Assembly (NCBI GenBank): GCA_964609895.1
Contig: CAZSTG010000002.1
Location: forward strand, 3,362-67,361
Reading direction: 5' to 3'
From: an uncultured Gammaproteobacteria bacterium
Lineage (GTDB): Bacteria; Patescibacteriota; Microgenomatia; UBA10105; UBA927
DNA: 64,000 bases
The notes under the pieces are model-generated. The model ran no database searches and had not been told where the DNA came from. It worked only from the letters and a program-made list of their open reading frames with translations. Numbering within the stretch: position 1 is the stretch's first letter; every line of letters starts with the position of its first letter. Below are positions 1-9,319 of the stretch, piece by piece. The position numbers were made by a program, and so were the translations under genes.

Positions 1-315
1 CTGTATGGTTACGGTTGGTGCAGTGAGGTCACCTGCCATACTTGCCGGTATATCGGAAGCAAAAAACGGGGTCGGGGTCGGGGTAGCATTGGCAAGTGCC
101 AGATTTTTTTCAAAATCCTCGGTAAAATTTGCGCTCATGGTGGCCGCTTCCGTTTCTGACAGTGTTTGCGGTTGTTCCTGCCACGACGGCTCAATTTCCG
201 CACCCGTCGTTTTTTCCCGTTCCTTGAGAAAGGAGGGAATGATGATGGCCGACCACAATCCAAGCGATATGCAAAGAAGTATGATGCTGACGAGGCGGAT
301 GGTATTTTTGCTCAT
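1..315 (-). CDS. Membrane-anchored hypothetical protein (runs off window)
   Basis: ATG at 315 overlaps the stop of the upstream gene (ATGA). Reads MSKNTIRLVSIILLCISLGLWSAIII (TM) followed by a PTPTP linker; no stop before position 1. Confidence 0.7.
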   Translation of the reverse strand, partial: MSKNTIRLVSIILLCISLGLWSAIIIPSFLKEREKTTGAEIEPSWQEQPQTLSETEAATMSANFTEDFEKNLALANATPTPTPFFASDIPASMAGDLTAPTVTIQ

Positions 316-3212
316 ATTCTTTTGTTGATGATAAAGAGAAAGGGAACAGGAATCAAGAGGAAACCGATCCATTCCAGAAGTTGCGGCAGAAAAAAGATGA
401 CAATGGTCATTTGTTCATTGGTCTTGATTGGGTTATTGGTCGGATTTGTTATTGTCCAGCCATTTGCCCAGTTGTTGATGAGGACGTGGTTTGTTAGTTC
501 TTTTCCAAACAAAAATGGTGCGAATTCAAAAAGCTGTTGCGGAATTTTTTTGGATTTTTTGGTATAGGCATGCCAGCCGGAATCAAATGCCTGAGAGAGG
601 ACAAGGGTGGACGGCTCCTGTATTTTTTGAGTGATTTGTGCACTGTAATAGGCTGGATTTGGGTGGTGTAGTGCAGGAAGCGTCACCGTTTCTTCTTTGA
701 CAGCACCAAACTGTATTTTTGTATTGACAATGGTGTTATATGGAATTTGGATGAGCCGGATTTTTGCTATGTCGTTTATCGTTGCTTCCTGTCCGATGGA
801 AAGATTATCAAATGTTATCGTATATCCCATGCCGAATGCATCCATAGGAGGGATGACAAAGTAAGATGTTTGCCATGTGGTGTCCGTTATGTTTTTTCCT
901 GTGACAAATGTTTCCATGAATGTACGTTTCGTGTCTTTATTGGTTATAGAAACAGAGAGTCTTCTTCCTGTGATATGGCGCGTTTCAATTGCAAGTAAAT
1001 ATCCTTGTCGTTGAGCAATCAAAGGAAGGTAAATATCCAGACAGTTACTCGCTTTTTTGCTGAAAAACCGTTCAAATGTTTTATTCTGCTCCTGCATATG
1101 GTCGCGTGTATATACCTCAACGCGTAATGGGTCGCATGACCGTACGGTTTGTTCAAATGGATTGGTGACTGTGCTGTCATAGACGACGGTATCGGGATTG
1201 ACAGGCACTGTGGTGGAGTTGCCGATTTGTACCGTATTCGCTGCTTCATAAATCGGAAATGCGCGTTCACTTTGATCACGACCTGTAAATACTGTTCGTT
1301 CCGGATAAAAAATATCGTAGGCTGCAGTTGTATCTGTTTTATATATACCTGTTGCAGTGGCCGCAACGTCATTGTCATTAAAGGAATATGCTGGTCCTAT
1401 ATTTGGAACGTTTGTGACAACAGTCACCGGTGAAGCAACAGCTGTCTGCACGTGATAGAGGGTGATGCGGCCGAATTTTTCCGCTTTTTGTATTTCCGGC
1501 AGTTTTGTAAGTACCGTATCGAATTGGGTTAGATACAACGCCTTGTCATTTACCGCATGAATAATGTGTTCATCGAAAAGAATCCAGTGAATATCGTATT
1601 TTTTTACAATTGCTCTGAATTGTTCTGCGTTGCTTGCATATACAGCCTGTGTAAGTTCCCAATATACATTTTCATTTTTGTCGCTCCATGGATCAAACGC
1701 CCTATCAATGGTTGCCTGTGGGATACCAAACCATGTAAATCCTGATCCGATAACACCCCACCTATATTGTGTCCACGCCCAATACCACGGCATTGGATAG
1801 ATGAGGACGCGTTCGGATACCGGCCGTTTTTGAAAGAAAGAAAATACATCAAAATATTCCTGTGGAATGCGTACTCGTAGATTTCTGAATACAAAATTTC
1901 CGGTAAATGAGGGTAGTGTTGTTGCGCCGAGCAGAAACAGTGTGGTAAGGAAAAGGCCGAGTGTGACCACTAATGTCCGTTTTTTTGTCAAGAGTTTTGT
2001 GATCGTTATGATTCCGGAAACCGCCATGAGCCCTGTGGTAAGGGCAAACAAAAAGAAAAATTTGGTAAATACGAAACGGAAAATATCCCCAAAAAGTGGA
2101 ATATATGCGCGGAGAAAATCAACTGCCTGCCTGATAACCGGTATATCGTTGCCTATGAAAAATACGGAAAGACAGTATAAGCATGCAGCAACACACCACC
2201 ATAACCCAGAGGAAATTCCACCGATGACGCCGATAAAAGCGATGCCAAAAAGTATCCAAGAAAATGTTGTCATATATGGAGATGCATTGTGTGAAATCCA
2301 CGGAAGAAGCATGAAATTAACGCTCGATGTAGTGAAGTCATATTGCATGTATTGCATAGAAAAACTGTTCATTAAAGCAACACTTGTAATATCACCAAAT
2401 GCCCTGTTTTTTTGGAAGGTGTCTTCCGTTGAAATCTGATTGTTCTTAGACTCGGTGATGGTACTCGCGCCATGGAGTGTTGCGTATGCAAAAGGGATAC
2501 CCCAAAACGCGTTGACGCAAAATGTAATGACGAGCATGATGATACAAGTCTTCCATGCGCGCATGTTGGAAGCGACGAGTTTTCCGACAAGGAGTACTGT
2601 AAGCACCATACAGTACACGATAAACACCGTAGGAACATGTGCCTGCGGAGTGGAAAGAAAAGAGACAATGGTAAAGAGCAGAAAATGCTTTTTCGTCGGC
2701 TGATCAAGGAGCTGGATTGCAGTGCGTATGAGCCATGGTAATGCCGCAAAATGCGTGATAAACACCTCAAACGGTAGATAATACATCTGTACCGTTGCAA
2801 AGCAATATTGATAGACAAGTGTGCCTATGAGTGAGAGAAGCGCGCTCATGTTTTGTTTTTTTGTGAGATACCGGAGGAGCGTGTAGATACCAATTCCTCC
2901 TACAAGATGGGTAAAGAAAATGAAAAAATAGCGAAGTAAGTGCTGTGGTAGTACAAATGATACGAGCCAGAGAAAACAATAATGGACAAGATTTGCCGCG
3001 TGTGACATGCCATCCATCAGTCCGAGTCCGCGGTATTCCTGCCAGACAGAGGAGAGTGTACGGTTCAGATTAAGTGAAAAATTGAATTCAGGAAACATGT
3101 TGTCCCAGCCGACAACATACGTATTCGGGGAAAAGTTTGTGAGAAAAAGGATTGTTTCAAGAGCAATGATGATACACACGGGCCACCATTGATTGAGGGT
3201 TCGCTTGATCAT
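312..3212 (-). CDS. Large multi-pass membrane protein, probable GT-C-type glycosyltransferase (AftD/YfhO-like)
   Basis: 966 aa with many N-terminal TM helices, a soluble C-terminal region ending in 'HVLINNWANGW' and a final TM; adjacent to a GT2 gene. Confidence 0.6.
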   Translation of the reverse strand: MIKRTLNQWWPVCIIIALETILFLTNFSPNTYVVGWDNMFPEFNFSLNLNRTLSSVWQEYRGLGLMDGMSHAANLVHYCFLWLVSFVLPQHLLRYFFIFFTHLVGGIGIYTLLRYLTKKQNMSALLSLIGTLVYQYCFATVQMYYLPFEVFITHFAALPWLIRTAIQLLDQPTKKHFLLFTIVSFLSTPQAHVPTVFIVYCMVLTVLLVGKLVASNMRAWKTCIIMLVITFCVNAFWGIPFAYATLHGASTITESKNNQISTEDTFQKNRAFGDITSVALMNSFSMQYMQYDFTTSSVNFMLLPWISHNASPYMTTFSWILFGIAFIGVIGGISSGLWWCVAACLYCLSVFFIGNDIPVIRQAVDFLRAYIPLFGDIFRFVFTKFFFLFALTTGLMAVSGIITITKLLTKKRTLVVTLGLFLTTLFLLGATTLPSFTGNFVFRNLRVRIPQEYFDVFSFFQKRPVSERVLIYPMPWYWAWTQYRWGVIGSGFTWFGIPQATIDRAFDPWSDKNENVYWELTQAVYASNAEQFRAIVKKYDIHWILFDEHIIHAVNDKALYLTQFDTVLTKLPEIQKAEKFGRITLYHVQTAVASPVTVVTNVPNIGPAYSFNDNDVAATATGIYKTDTTAAYDIFYPERTVFTGRDQSERAFPIYEAANTVQIGNSTTVPVNPDTVVYDSTVTNPFEQTVRSCDPLRVEVYTRDHMQEQNKTFERFFSKKASNCLDIYLPLIAQRQGYLLAIETRHITGRRLSVSITNKDTKRTFMETFVTGKNITDTTWQTSYFVIPPMDAFGMGYTITFDNLSIGQEATINDIAKIRLIQIPYNTIVNTKIQFGAVKEETVTLPALHHPNPAYYSAQITQKIQEPSTLVLSQAFDSGWHAYTKKSKKIPQQLFEFAPFLFGKELTNHVLINNWANGWTITNPTNNPIKTNEQMTIVIFFLPQLLEWIGFLLIPVPFLFIINKRI

Positions 3213-3229
3213 ATGTCAGGACAAAAGAG

Positions 3230-4210
3230 TTATCCGTTTATAGTATATCGGATTTTTGGAACTTGGATATGTGGAAACAGATGCGCTAAGCGGGCAAGTA
3301 TTTTCTTTATCTTTTTTATCGGAGAGTTCATGCCGCGAAATCCCATGTAGAGCGGTACGATGATTTGTTCAGGAAGGAGTGAAACGATGATAAACTGCAT
3401 GGTCATAATCACTAAACTGGTGAGTGGGATAGCATAGTGCAATTTTTTAATCGCTTCCATACGAATGTGTATGGAATTCATGAATTTCTGCTTCGGGTGC
3501 TGCAATGACAAATTATTTCCATGAATACGGTATTTCAGCAGATATTCCGGAAGATTGGCAAATTGACCGTACGGAAGCAGGGAAAAGAAAGTGTAATAAT
3601 CGTCGTTTACATCCCATTTCATGGCATAGATTTTGTTTCTGTCCGGCAGCATGCTTCTCCTTAGCATGACGGAGGGGTGAATCATCGGGTGAAGAATGCC
3701 GTACATCCGGTAAATTTCTTTATTGGAGGTTGGCATGTTTTTCGTTCCCGTAATTTTCCCGTTTCCGTCGATGATCCTTGCTTGTGTGCCCACGAGTATA
3801 GTGAGCGGGTGGGCGAGGAGATACGCAACCTGCTTTTCAATTCTTGTGGCATAGGAAACGTCATCCGCGTCCATGCGTGCGATGAATTCGCCTTTTGCAT
3901 ACGGAAGAGCAAAGTTTGTCGCTCCGTTTCCTGCTGAGTTCGTCTTCACCTTTGTTCGGAAGATCCGTATTTGTTTCGGATAGCGTTTTTTATATGACCG
4001 GATGATCTTCCAGGAGTTGTCGGTTGAACAGTCATCCACGATCAGAAGCTCAAGACGTGTATAGGTTTGTTTGAGAATACTGTCAATTGCTTCCGGCAAA
4101 AAGCGTTCGGTATTATGTACCGGCATAATGACGGAAACGAGTGGCGTAGTCGCGTTTGACGCGATTCGTTTTGTCTTTTTCATATGTTTTTTGTTAGTTT
4201 TTTGTGTCAT
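3230..4210 (-). CDS. Glycosyltransferase family 2
   Basis: VSVIMPVHN, VDDCSTD and ARMDADD motifs. Start could be 4183. Confidence 0.9.
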   Translation of the reverse strand: MTQKTNKKHMKKTKRIASNATTPLVSVIMPVHNTERFLPEAIDSILKQTYTRLELLIVDDCSTDNSWKIIRSYKKRYPKQIRIFRTKVKTNSAGNGATNFALPYAKGEFIARMDADDVSYATRIEKQVAYLLAHPLTILVGTQARIIDGNGKITGTKNMPTSNKEIYRMYGILHPMIHPSVMLRRSMLPDRNKIYAMKWDVNDDYYTFFSLLPYGQFANLPEYLLKYRIHGNNLSLQHPKQKFMNSIHIRMEAIKKLHYAIPLTSLVIMTMQFIIVSLLPEQIIVPLYMGFRGMNSPIKKIKKILARLAHLFPHIQVPKIRYTING

Positions 4211-4516
4211 ATATTCGCTTTAGCCAGCAATACGTTGTGTATAAAAACGCCTGCCTTCGTTTTAGTACTTGGTATCACTGGCTAGAGTGATGCGCGAATA
4301 TAGAGGATTATTTTTTGATTTTCCGGTTAAGGAAAGAAAAAATAGTCATATATTCGCGCGGATCACACATTCGTGAAGTTTAGGGCGACATAAGTCGCAA
4401 ACTAGAAACTTCTTGTGCACCTTATGTAAGGTGTTGTCTTCGTTGATAAAAATTTCTATCAACGTAGTACTATTCAATTGTTTTGGACCGTCGCGTACGC
4501 GTCGGTCAATCATGGT

Positions 4517-5959
4517 TTAGTTCGCAGGCTGCCAGGAAATACCGGCTGAGAGACGATCTTCGCCATGATAGGTAAACGTTCCTGCCGGTACATTGAAGTA
4601 CTGGCATGATCCGTCAGGGCTGGATAATGTGGCTTCGCCGGTGACGTTTCCGTTACAGAATAAAACTGTTCCAGGTTTCGTCGTGGTGAAGATGATGTTC
4701 TTCAAGGTTCCAAAATCTTGCATCATGGAAACCATTGAGGGTACCATCATGATCTCAACACCTTCAGGGCCTGCCCACGTCGCGGTATCTCCGGAGATCT
4801 TCCAATAACCGGTATATTCCACGATTTGTGCTTCAGTCATTCCCGCCCAGCCGCTTGCTGTAAATCTGACTCCGAATCCTGCGATTGGTGAGTTAGCATT
4901 GTCTTGAATAACATGCCACCCAGCATTGATTGCAACACGTTTTCCGCATTCACCAGCCTTTACGCCGAGAATATCGGATAATGGTGTGCCATCAAGCGTT
5001 CCCAAGGCGCATGTTTCCAACTGAGCTTCTTTGCCCAGATAGAAAATGACTTTGGTGATATCACCGTTTCGCATCAGATCCAGAGGGCCGGGGTCGCCGT
5101 TTCCAAAATTGCCGTCAGCTTCCGTGATGTCCTCTGAACCATCAGTTGGTCCGTACCACATCATAATGCCTTTGTCGATTTTGGACGTGTCCCAGCAAAG
5201 CCCTGCGCAAATCTCCGGGAAACCGTCTTCACCAGCCGAATACATTTCCGGTTGATCGGGAAGCGGTTCACCCCAAATTTCTTCTGCAAGTGCTTTGTTG
5301 TCGTCACTGGAAGCTACAGGAGTAGCTTCTGGTGTTTCGGCAACATCAGGTGCTTCGGTTGCATCAGGTGCTTCGGTTGCATCGGGTGCTTCGGTTGCAT
5401 CAGGTGCTTCGGTTGCATCGGGTGCTTCGGTTGCATCTGGTGCTTCAGTCACTTCGGCAGCAGGCGCTTCCGTTGCTTTGCCTTCTGGGGTTGTTGCATC
5501 GCGGCCGGACCAGCGGATGATGATGGCTCCGATGACAGCGATTACAAGGAAGAACAAAATCCAGTTACGCAGTTTACGGTGTTCAGCCCAGAATGCTTTC
5601 CAACGTTGACCGAATGTTGGTTTTTCAACCTCTTCCTGCTCTTCGTCGTCAGGATCAGTGTGAGCAGGTACAGGGGGAACGGGTGCTGGAATGGGAGCAG
5701 CATCAACGGTCAGGACGAATTCCTTTTCCGCCAAAACCTTGTTGGTTTTATCAAGGATTTGGTAGATAATCGGGAAATCTCCGGCTGTTTCGGGTGTGCC
5801 GACCAAGACAGTGCCTTCGAACAGTCTCATGCCTTTAGGCAGAACACCGATCACGTTGAACACGGCGCCAGCTGGAAGACCAGCAATATCAAATTCCTGC
5901 TGATATTCCTCTCCAATCTTGCCTTTTGGCAAGGTCGTGCTATTGATAACAGTAGCCAT
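4517..5959 (-). CDS. Single-pass membrane protein: Ig-like domain, TM, (TEAPDA)n linker, duplicated Cys-containing domain
   Basis: GGAGG SD before ATG 5959; LPKG..L..GTP..AG Ig-like pattern; TM WILFFLVIAVIGAIII; tandem repeats. Confidence 0.75.
   Translation of the reverse strand: MATVINSTTLPKGKIGEEYQQEFDIAGLPAGAVFNVIGVLPKGMRLFEGTVLVGTPETAGDFPIIYQILDKTNKVLAEKEFVLTVDAAPIPAPVPPVPAHTDPDDEEQEEVEKPTFGQRWKAFWAEHRKLRNWILFFLVIAVIGAIIIRWSGRDATTPEGKATEAPAAEVTEAPDATEAPDATEAPDATEAPDATEAPDATEAPDVAETPEATPVASSDDNKALAEEIWGEPLPDQPEMYSAGEDGFPEICAGLCWDTSKIDKGIMMWYGPTDGSEDITEADGNFGNGDPGPLDLMRNGDITKVIFYLGKEAQLETCALGTLDGTPLSDILGVKAGECGKRVAINAGWHVIQDNANSPIAGFGVRFTASGWAGMTEAQIVEYTGYWKISGDTATWAGPEGVEIMMVPSMVSMMQDFGTLKNIIFTTTKPGTVLFCNGNVTGEATLSSPDGSCQYFNVPAGTFTYHGEDRLSAGISWQPAN
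5344..5451 (-). repeat. 18-bp coding tandem repeat, 6 units (TEAPDA)
   Basis: CATC(A/G)GGTGCTTCGGTTG x5 plus one degenerate unit. Confidence 0.95.
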
Positions 5960-5964
5960 TGTAT

Positions 5965-6402
5965 CCTCCGATATATGGTTTGTTGCTATGGTATTGTTTT
6001 GTTTTACCCAAAAGTCGTAACAAAACAATGGTTTTTACTTTTACCCTAACGGGACAGTGAGTAAAAACAGATAGTATCGATAGTTGTATTGGGCATCGAT
6101 TTCCCAGACAGCGCCTGACACAGTAGGTATCAAGCGGTTTCTGGGAACGATATTCCAAGAACCATCAAAACCGTATGGTTGGAAGATAACAATTGAATAG
6201 ATATTGTGAATGTGCAATTCGTACTAACTCGGTATGTTCAGCGATAAACGCGATTGCTTATGTTTAAACAGTACCTCGTTCGTACGACCCGACCTTTTTT
6301 ACGGGTCAGGAACAGATAGTGAAGTCCTCACTACCTGCTTCTGACCATCACCCTACGGGTGTCGTCACCCGTACACTGTTTTTTGATGATTCAAAACAGT
6401 TA
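5965..6402 (-). ncRNA. Candidate highly structured leader RNA
   Basis: About ten consecutive inverted repeats; G-U pairs in two long stems favour the minus strand. Confidence 0.5.
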
Positions 6403-6411
6403 CGAATTGAC

Positions 6412-6443
6412 AAAAAATAAACCGGCTGTTACGCCGGTTCTTT
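6412..6443 (-). terminator. Intrinsic terminator after the sortase-substrate gene
   Basis: AACCGGC/GCCGGTT stem followed by a T-rich run on the minus strand. Confidence 0.7.
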
Positions 6444-6500
6444 GTTAAAAAATTGTTCGCTATCACCGGCAGGAATAGTGAACACTATTTTTATGTGTGT

Positions 6501-7151
6501 TTATTTATTTTTTTTCAAAAGAGCGATACCAATACCCCCAAGTGACAGGAAGGGGATCATGGCAATGACATCGTTAAATCCCGCAACAGGCAAGGTTGTT
6601 GCGCCATTGATTCTGGTTGTCATACAAAATTCTGCTGTGTCATCATCACCGTTTGGCCGAGCTGGTGCCGTCACAGTTGCATAGTTTGATGCACAGAAGA
6701 AGCTTTGATCGTTCGCGAATGCATTTTTGTCGGCAACCCGTGCGGTCACTTCAATTTCCTGTGTGTCACCAGCGGGGAGGTTGTCGAGTGTCATGACAAG
6801 TCTTCGTTTTCCTGCATCATACTCGCCTTTGACAGTTGAGCCTGTGTAAGTCAGATAGTCGGGTAATTGATCGACGATTTTGACGGATGAAAATGTTTCA
6901 CCGCTTGTGTTTTTGATAATGAGTTTGAATACAATGATGCCATCCGGAGAAAATGTTGGATCGGTTGATCCAAGATTTTCTACATAAGAATTTGTTATAG
7001 GATTTTTAACTTCTTTATCAATGGTCAGATCTGTCGGATAGTTGCATGTGGTGCCATACGAACCGTATGTGCAGTCGGCAACCACTGGAGTTGCGAAAAA
7101 GCTTGTTAGAGCAAATACAAATGCTGCAAGACAAAAAGTTATGTGTTTCAT
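6501..7151 (-). CDS. Secreted DUF11/Ig-like protein with LPXTG-like (LPVAG) sorting signal
   Basis: Signal peptide; 'DLTIDKEV..VDQLPDYLTY' repeat-domain pattern; C-terminal LPVAG + TM + KKNK. Confidence 0.75.
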   Translation of the reverse strand: MKHITFCLAAFVFALTSFFATPVVADCTYGSYGTTCNYPTDLTIDKEVKNPITNSYVENLGSTDPTFSPDGIIVFKLIIKNTSGETFSSVKIVDQLPDYLTYTGSTVKGEYDAGKRRLVMTLDNLPAGDTQEIEVTARVADKNAFANDQSFFCASNYATVTAPARPNGDDDTAEFCMTTRINGATTLPVAGFNDVIAMIPFLSLGGIGIALLKKNK

Positions 7152-7192
7152 AATTTTTTACAAAAAATCTCCTTACATCAGGAGAGGTTGAC

Positions 7193-7221
7193 AGTATAAC
7201 ATAACTATAGGATTATGTCAA
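7193..7221 (-). promoter_or_regulatory. Sigma70-type promoter
   Basis: TTGACA-17-TATACT upstream of 7151. Confidence 0.75.
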
Positions 7222-7242
7222 GTCTCTCACTGTTTTGACACG

Positions 7243-7971
7243 TTATTTGATTTTTTCGGTTTGTACAAGATCAGCTAATACCAGCAATCGCTCAGTGGTG
7301 GATCCCGGCGGCCAGCAGGTCTGGAGAATGAGCATTTGTTTGCCTTCCATGGGCGCCATATAAGAAACAGCTTCAGGAGATACCACCCGTTTTTCTGTGA
7401 GTTTGTAGGTGTATTCCGTTCCTTTATATATAAGGACGATGAGGTCTCCTTCTGTGAGATTTTTCAGGAGGTAGAACACCGCATTGAGGTCTTTGACAAA
7501 CCATTCATAGTTGGTGGAATGGGAAAAGATATAGACAGCGCCCTGTTCATTGGGAAAATAACTCGTTGCGGCATGCGCGACGCCTTCCTGCAGTGCCTTG
7601 CTGTACTGTTCTTGGTTTGTCGGATCTACGGCGGGTAAAACCGGCGTATTGATACCGATTTTCGGTACAATGAGGCTGAATTCCGTATTGACTGGGGTAA
7701 TGACGTTGCCTTCAGGATCAATCAGTGGATTGAATATCAAAGGAACTGCCGTCGGCATGGGTTTGTTGTCATTGAATTTTGAAGCGATGAAATGTATTGC
7801 GCGCGGAATCTGATATCCGAGTTCCTGACTTGCTGAGGGCAATACGGAATGTGTAATGCCGCCGAAGGCAAGTGCAATAAGTCCAAGACCGATAGTTTTC
7901 CAATTTCGGGCGAGTTGGTTTCGTTGTGCTTTCTTATTCCGATAGGATAAATAGGCAGTATATGCTTCCAT
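7243..7971 (-). CDS. Sortase
   Basis: N-terminal TM; catalytic His (FSHS), LQTCWPPG and downstream Arg. Confidence 0.9.
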   Translation of the reverse strand: MEAYTAYLSYRNKKAQRNQLARNWKTIGLGLIALAFGGITHSVLPSASQELGYQIPRAIHFIASKFNDNKPMPTAVPLIFNPLIDPEGNVITPVNTEFSLIVPKIGINTPVLPAVDPTNQEQYSKALQEGVAHAATSYFPNEQGAVYIFSHSTNYEWFVKDLNAVFYLLKNLTEGDLIVLIYKGTEYTYKLTEKRVVSPEAVSYMAPMEGKQMLILQTCWPPGSTTERLLVLADLVQTEKIK

Positions 7972-8030
7972 ATGACCCCTTTTTTGGGTAAGGACGGAAG
8001 TATAGCAGAAAGACCTATAATTTGCAACTC

Positions 8031-8084
8031 GGAGAGGGTCTGACCCTCGCGCGAAGCTAATTTTTCGAGGGTCAGACCCTCTCC
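8031..8084. repeat. REP doublet
   Basis: Two GAGGGTCWGACCCTC palindromes with a GAAGCTA-containing spacer. Confidence 0.9.
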
Positions 8085-8091
8085 AAGGAGT

Positions 8092-8466
8092 TTAGGAAGC
8101 TTTTGCTTTGCCTTGCCATTCAAGCTTGACGTCTTCATTAACGACTTGTTCTGCCAGTTTGACTGCAGCGTCATAGTTGCCGACGCGTATATAACTGGCG
8201 ACCATATCACTTGCTTTGTTTGCTATATTCTTTTCGTAACTTTGTGCGTAGGGCAGAACGATGGGGGAAAGCTCCGCACAGCTGTCATCCAGTTTGAAAA
8301 TAGCCTTGTAGAGCTGTTCCCAGTTCATACCGGGTTGCAATAGTTCGAGGGTCACTTGCGAGATCTGCTGGCCTCGTGCTTCGGTCATGGTGCCCGCAGC
8401 AACACTCTGTTTGATGAGTTCCACCACTGCAAGTTCTATTTCTTCTCGTACATCATCGGGAGACAT
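8092..8466 (-). CDS. Hypothetical helical protein
   Basis: CATACT box 6 nt before ATG 8466; coding-like composition. Confidence 0.65.
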   Translation of the reverse strand: MSPDDVREEIELAVVELIKQSVAAGTMTEARGQQISQVTLELLQPGMNWEQLYKAIFKLDDSCAELSPIVLPYAQSYEKNIANKASDMVASYIRVGNYDAAVKLAEQVVNEDVKLEWQGKAKAS

Positions 8467-8672
8467 ATATTCAGTATGAAGTATTTGCAACATGGTAGCA
8501 AGTATAGCGGTTGATTTTACTATAGGGCTTATAGCATACTCCGAACATCTCGTTTTTCCTTTGTTGTCGTGCGACAACGTTTTTTAAGGGGAAAAGTGAT
8601 ATTTTGCTCTTTGCCAACGTTTGAGATCATATTGTTTCATTCCGTCTACATTATTAGGGAAGGATTCGTATC

Positions 8673-9074
8673 ATGAAGAAGACAATTAAACAATATGTGT
8701 ACGATTTTGCAACAAAGAAGTTGACTGAGGTAACGCAGGCGCCTTCGTTCATTCCGGCAGATGTCCAAAAGCAAGTAATTGCTGCGGTAGAACAAAGCAA
8801 AGAAAAGCAACTGTTTGTATACTTTTGGAAGAAAAATGAGCGGATGATGGGTGTCTGTCTTACGGGAAAAGAAGTCCCTACTGACATTCTTCCATCAGTT
8901 ATTGAAGATGCCGAATCTAGGCATAGAAGTAGTTCTATAACCACCGATTTGCTGTCTGTCTTGTTGGAACTGGAACTCGTTTCTTCCTTGGCTGGGCTTC
9001 TGCAGGAATTTGAACCTGATTGCGCTACGTGCAAAAGCATCACGTGTCGAAAAAGCCCTATGTACAAGAAATAG
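8673..9074 (+). CDS. Orphan protein with C-terminal CxxCxxxxC motif
   Basis: GGAAGGA SD; ends DCATCKSITCRK; structured flanks. Confidence 0.6.
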   Translation: MKKTIKQYVYDFATKKLTEVTQAPSFIPADVQKQVIAAVEQSKEKQLFVYFWKKNERMMGVCLTGKEVPTDILPSVIEDAESRHRSSSITTDLLSVLLELELVSSLAGLLQEFEPDCATCKSITCRKSPMYKK

Positions 9075-9219
9075 ATTTGTCTCAAACAATGTATTCTGTT
9101 GATTTTTGATCTCCCGTCTTGGCAAAGACAAACCAGTATGTATATTGGTAGATTTTTTATTGGTTTTGACCACGCCGCTTGCGAGAAGCAATTTTTGCAA
9201 AGGCGTGGTTATTTTTTTG

Positions 9220-9273
9220 GGAGAGGGTCAGACCCTCTCTTTTTTGAAGCTACGCGAGGGTCAGACCCTCTCC
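9220..9273. repeat. REP doublet
   Basis: Same palindrome pair, spacer TCTTTTTTGAAGCTACGC. Confidence 0.9.
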
Positions 9274-9319
9274 AAGGGTTCTTTCATCATCTGTGCGTAT
9301 ACGGTATACTAAGATTCTT

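Noticed and set aside
5252-6049. Plus-strand repeat ORFs (CFGCIR, ASGASV, VLRLHQ)
   Set aside because: Alternative-frame readings of the 18-bp repeat.
5965-6402. RNase P, tmRNA, SRP or self-splicing intron
   Set aside because: No GAGGAAAGTCC, tRNA-like ends, SRP loop or intron core was recognisable by eye.
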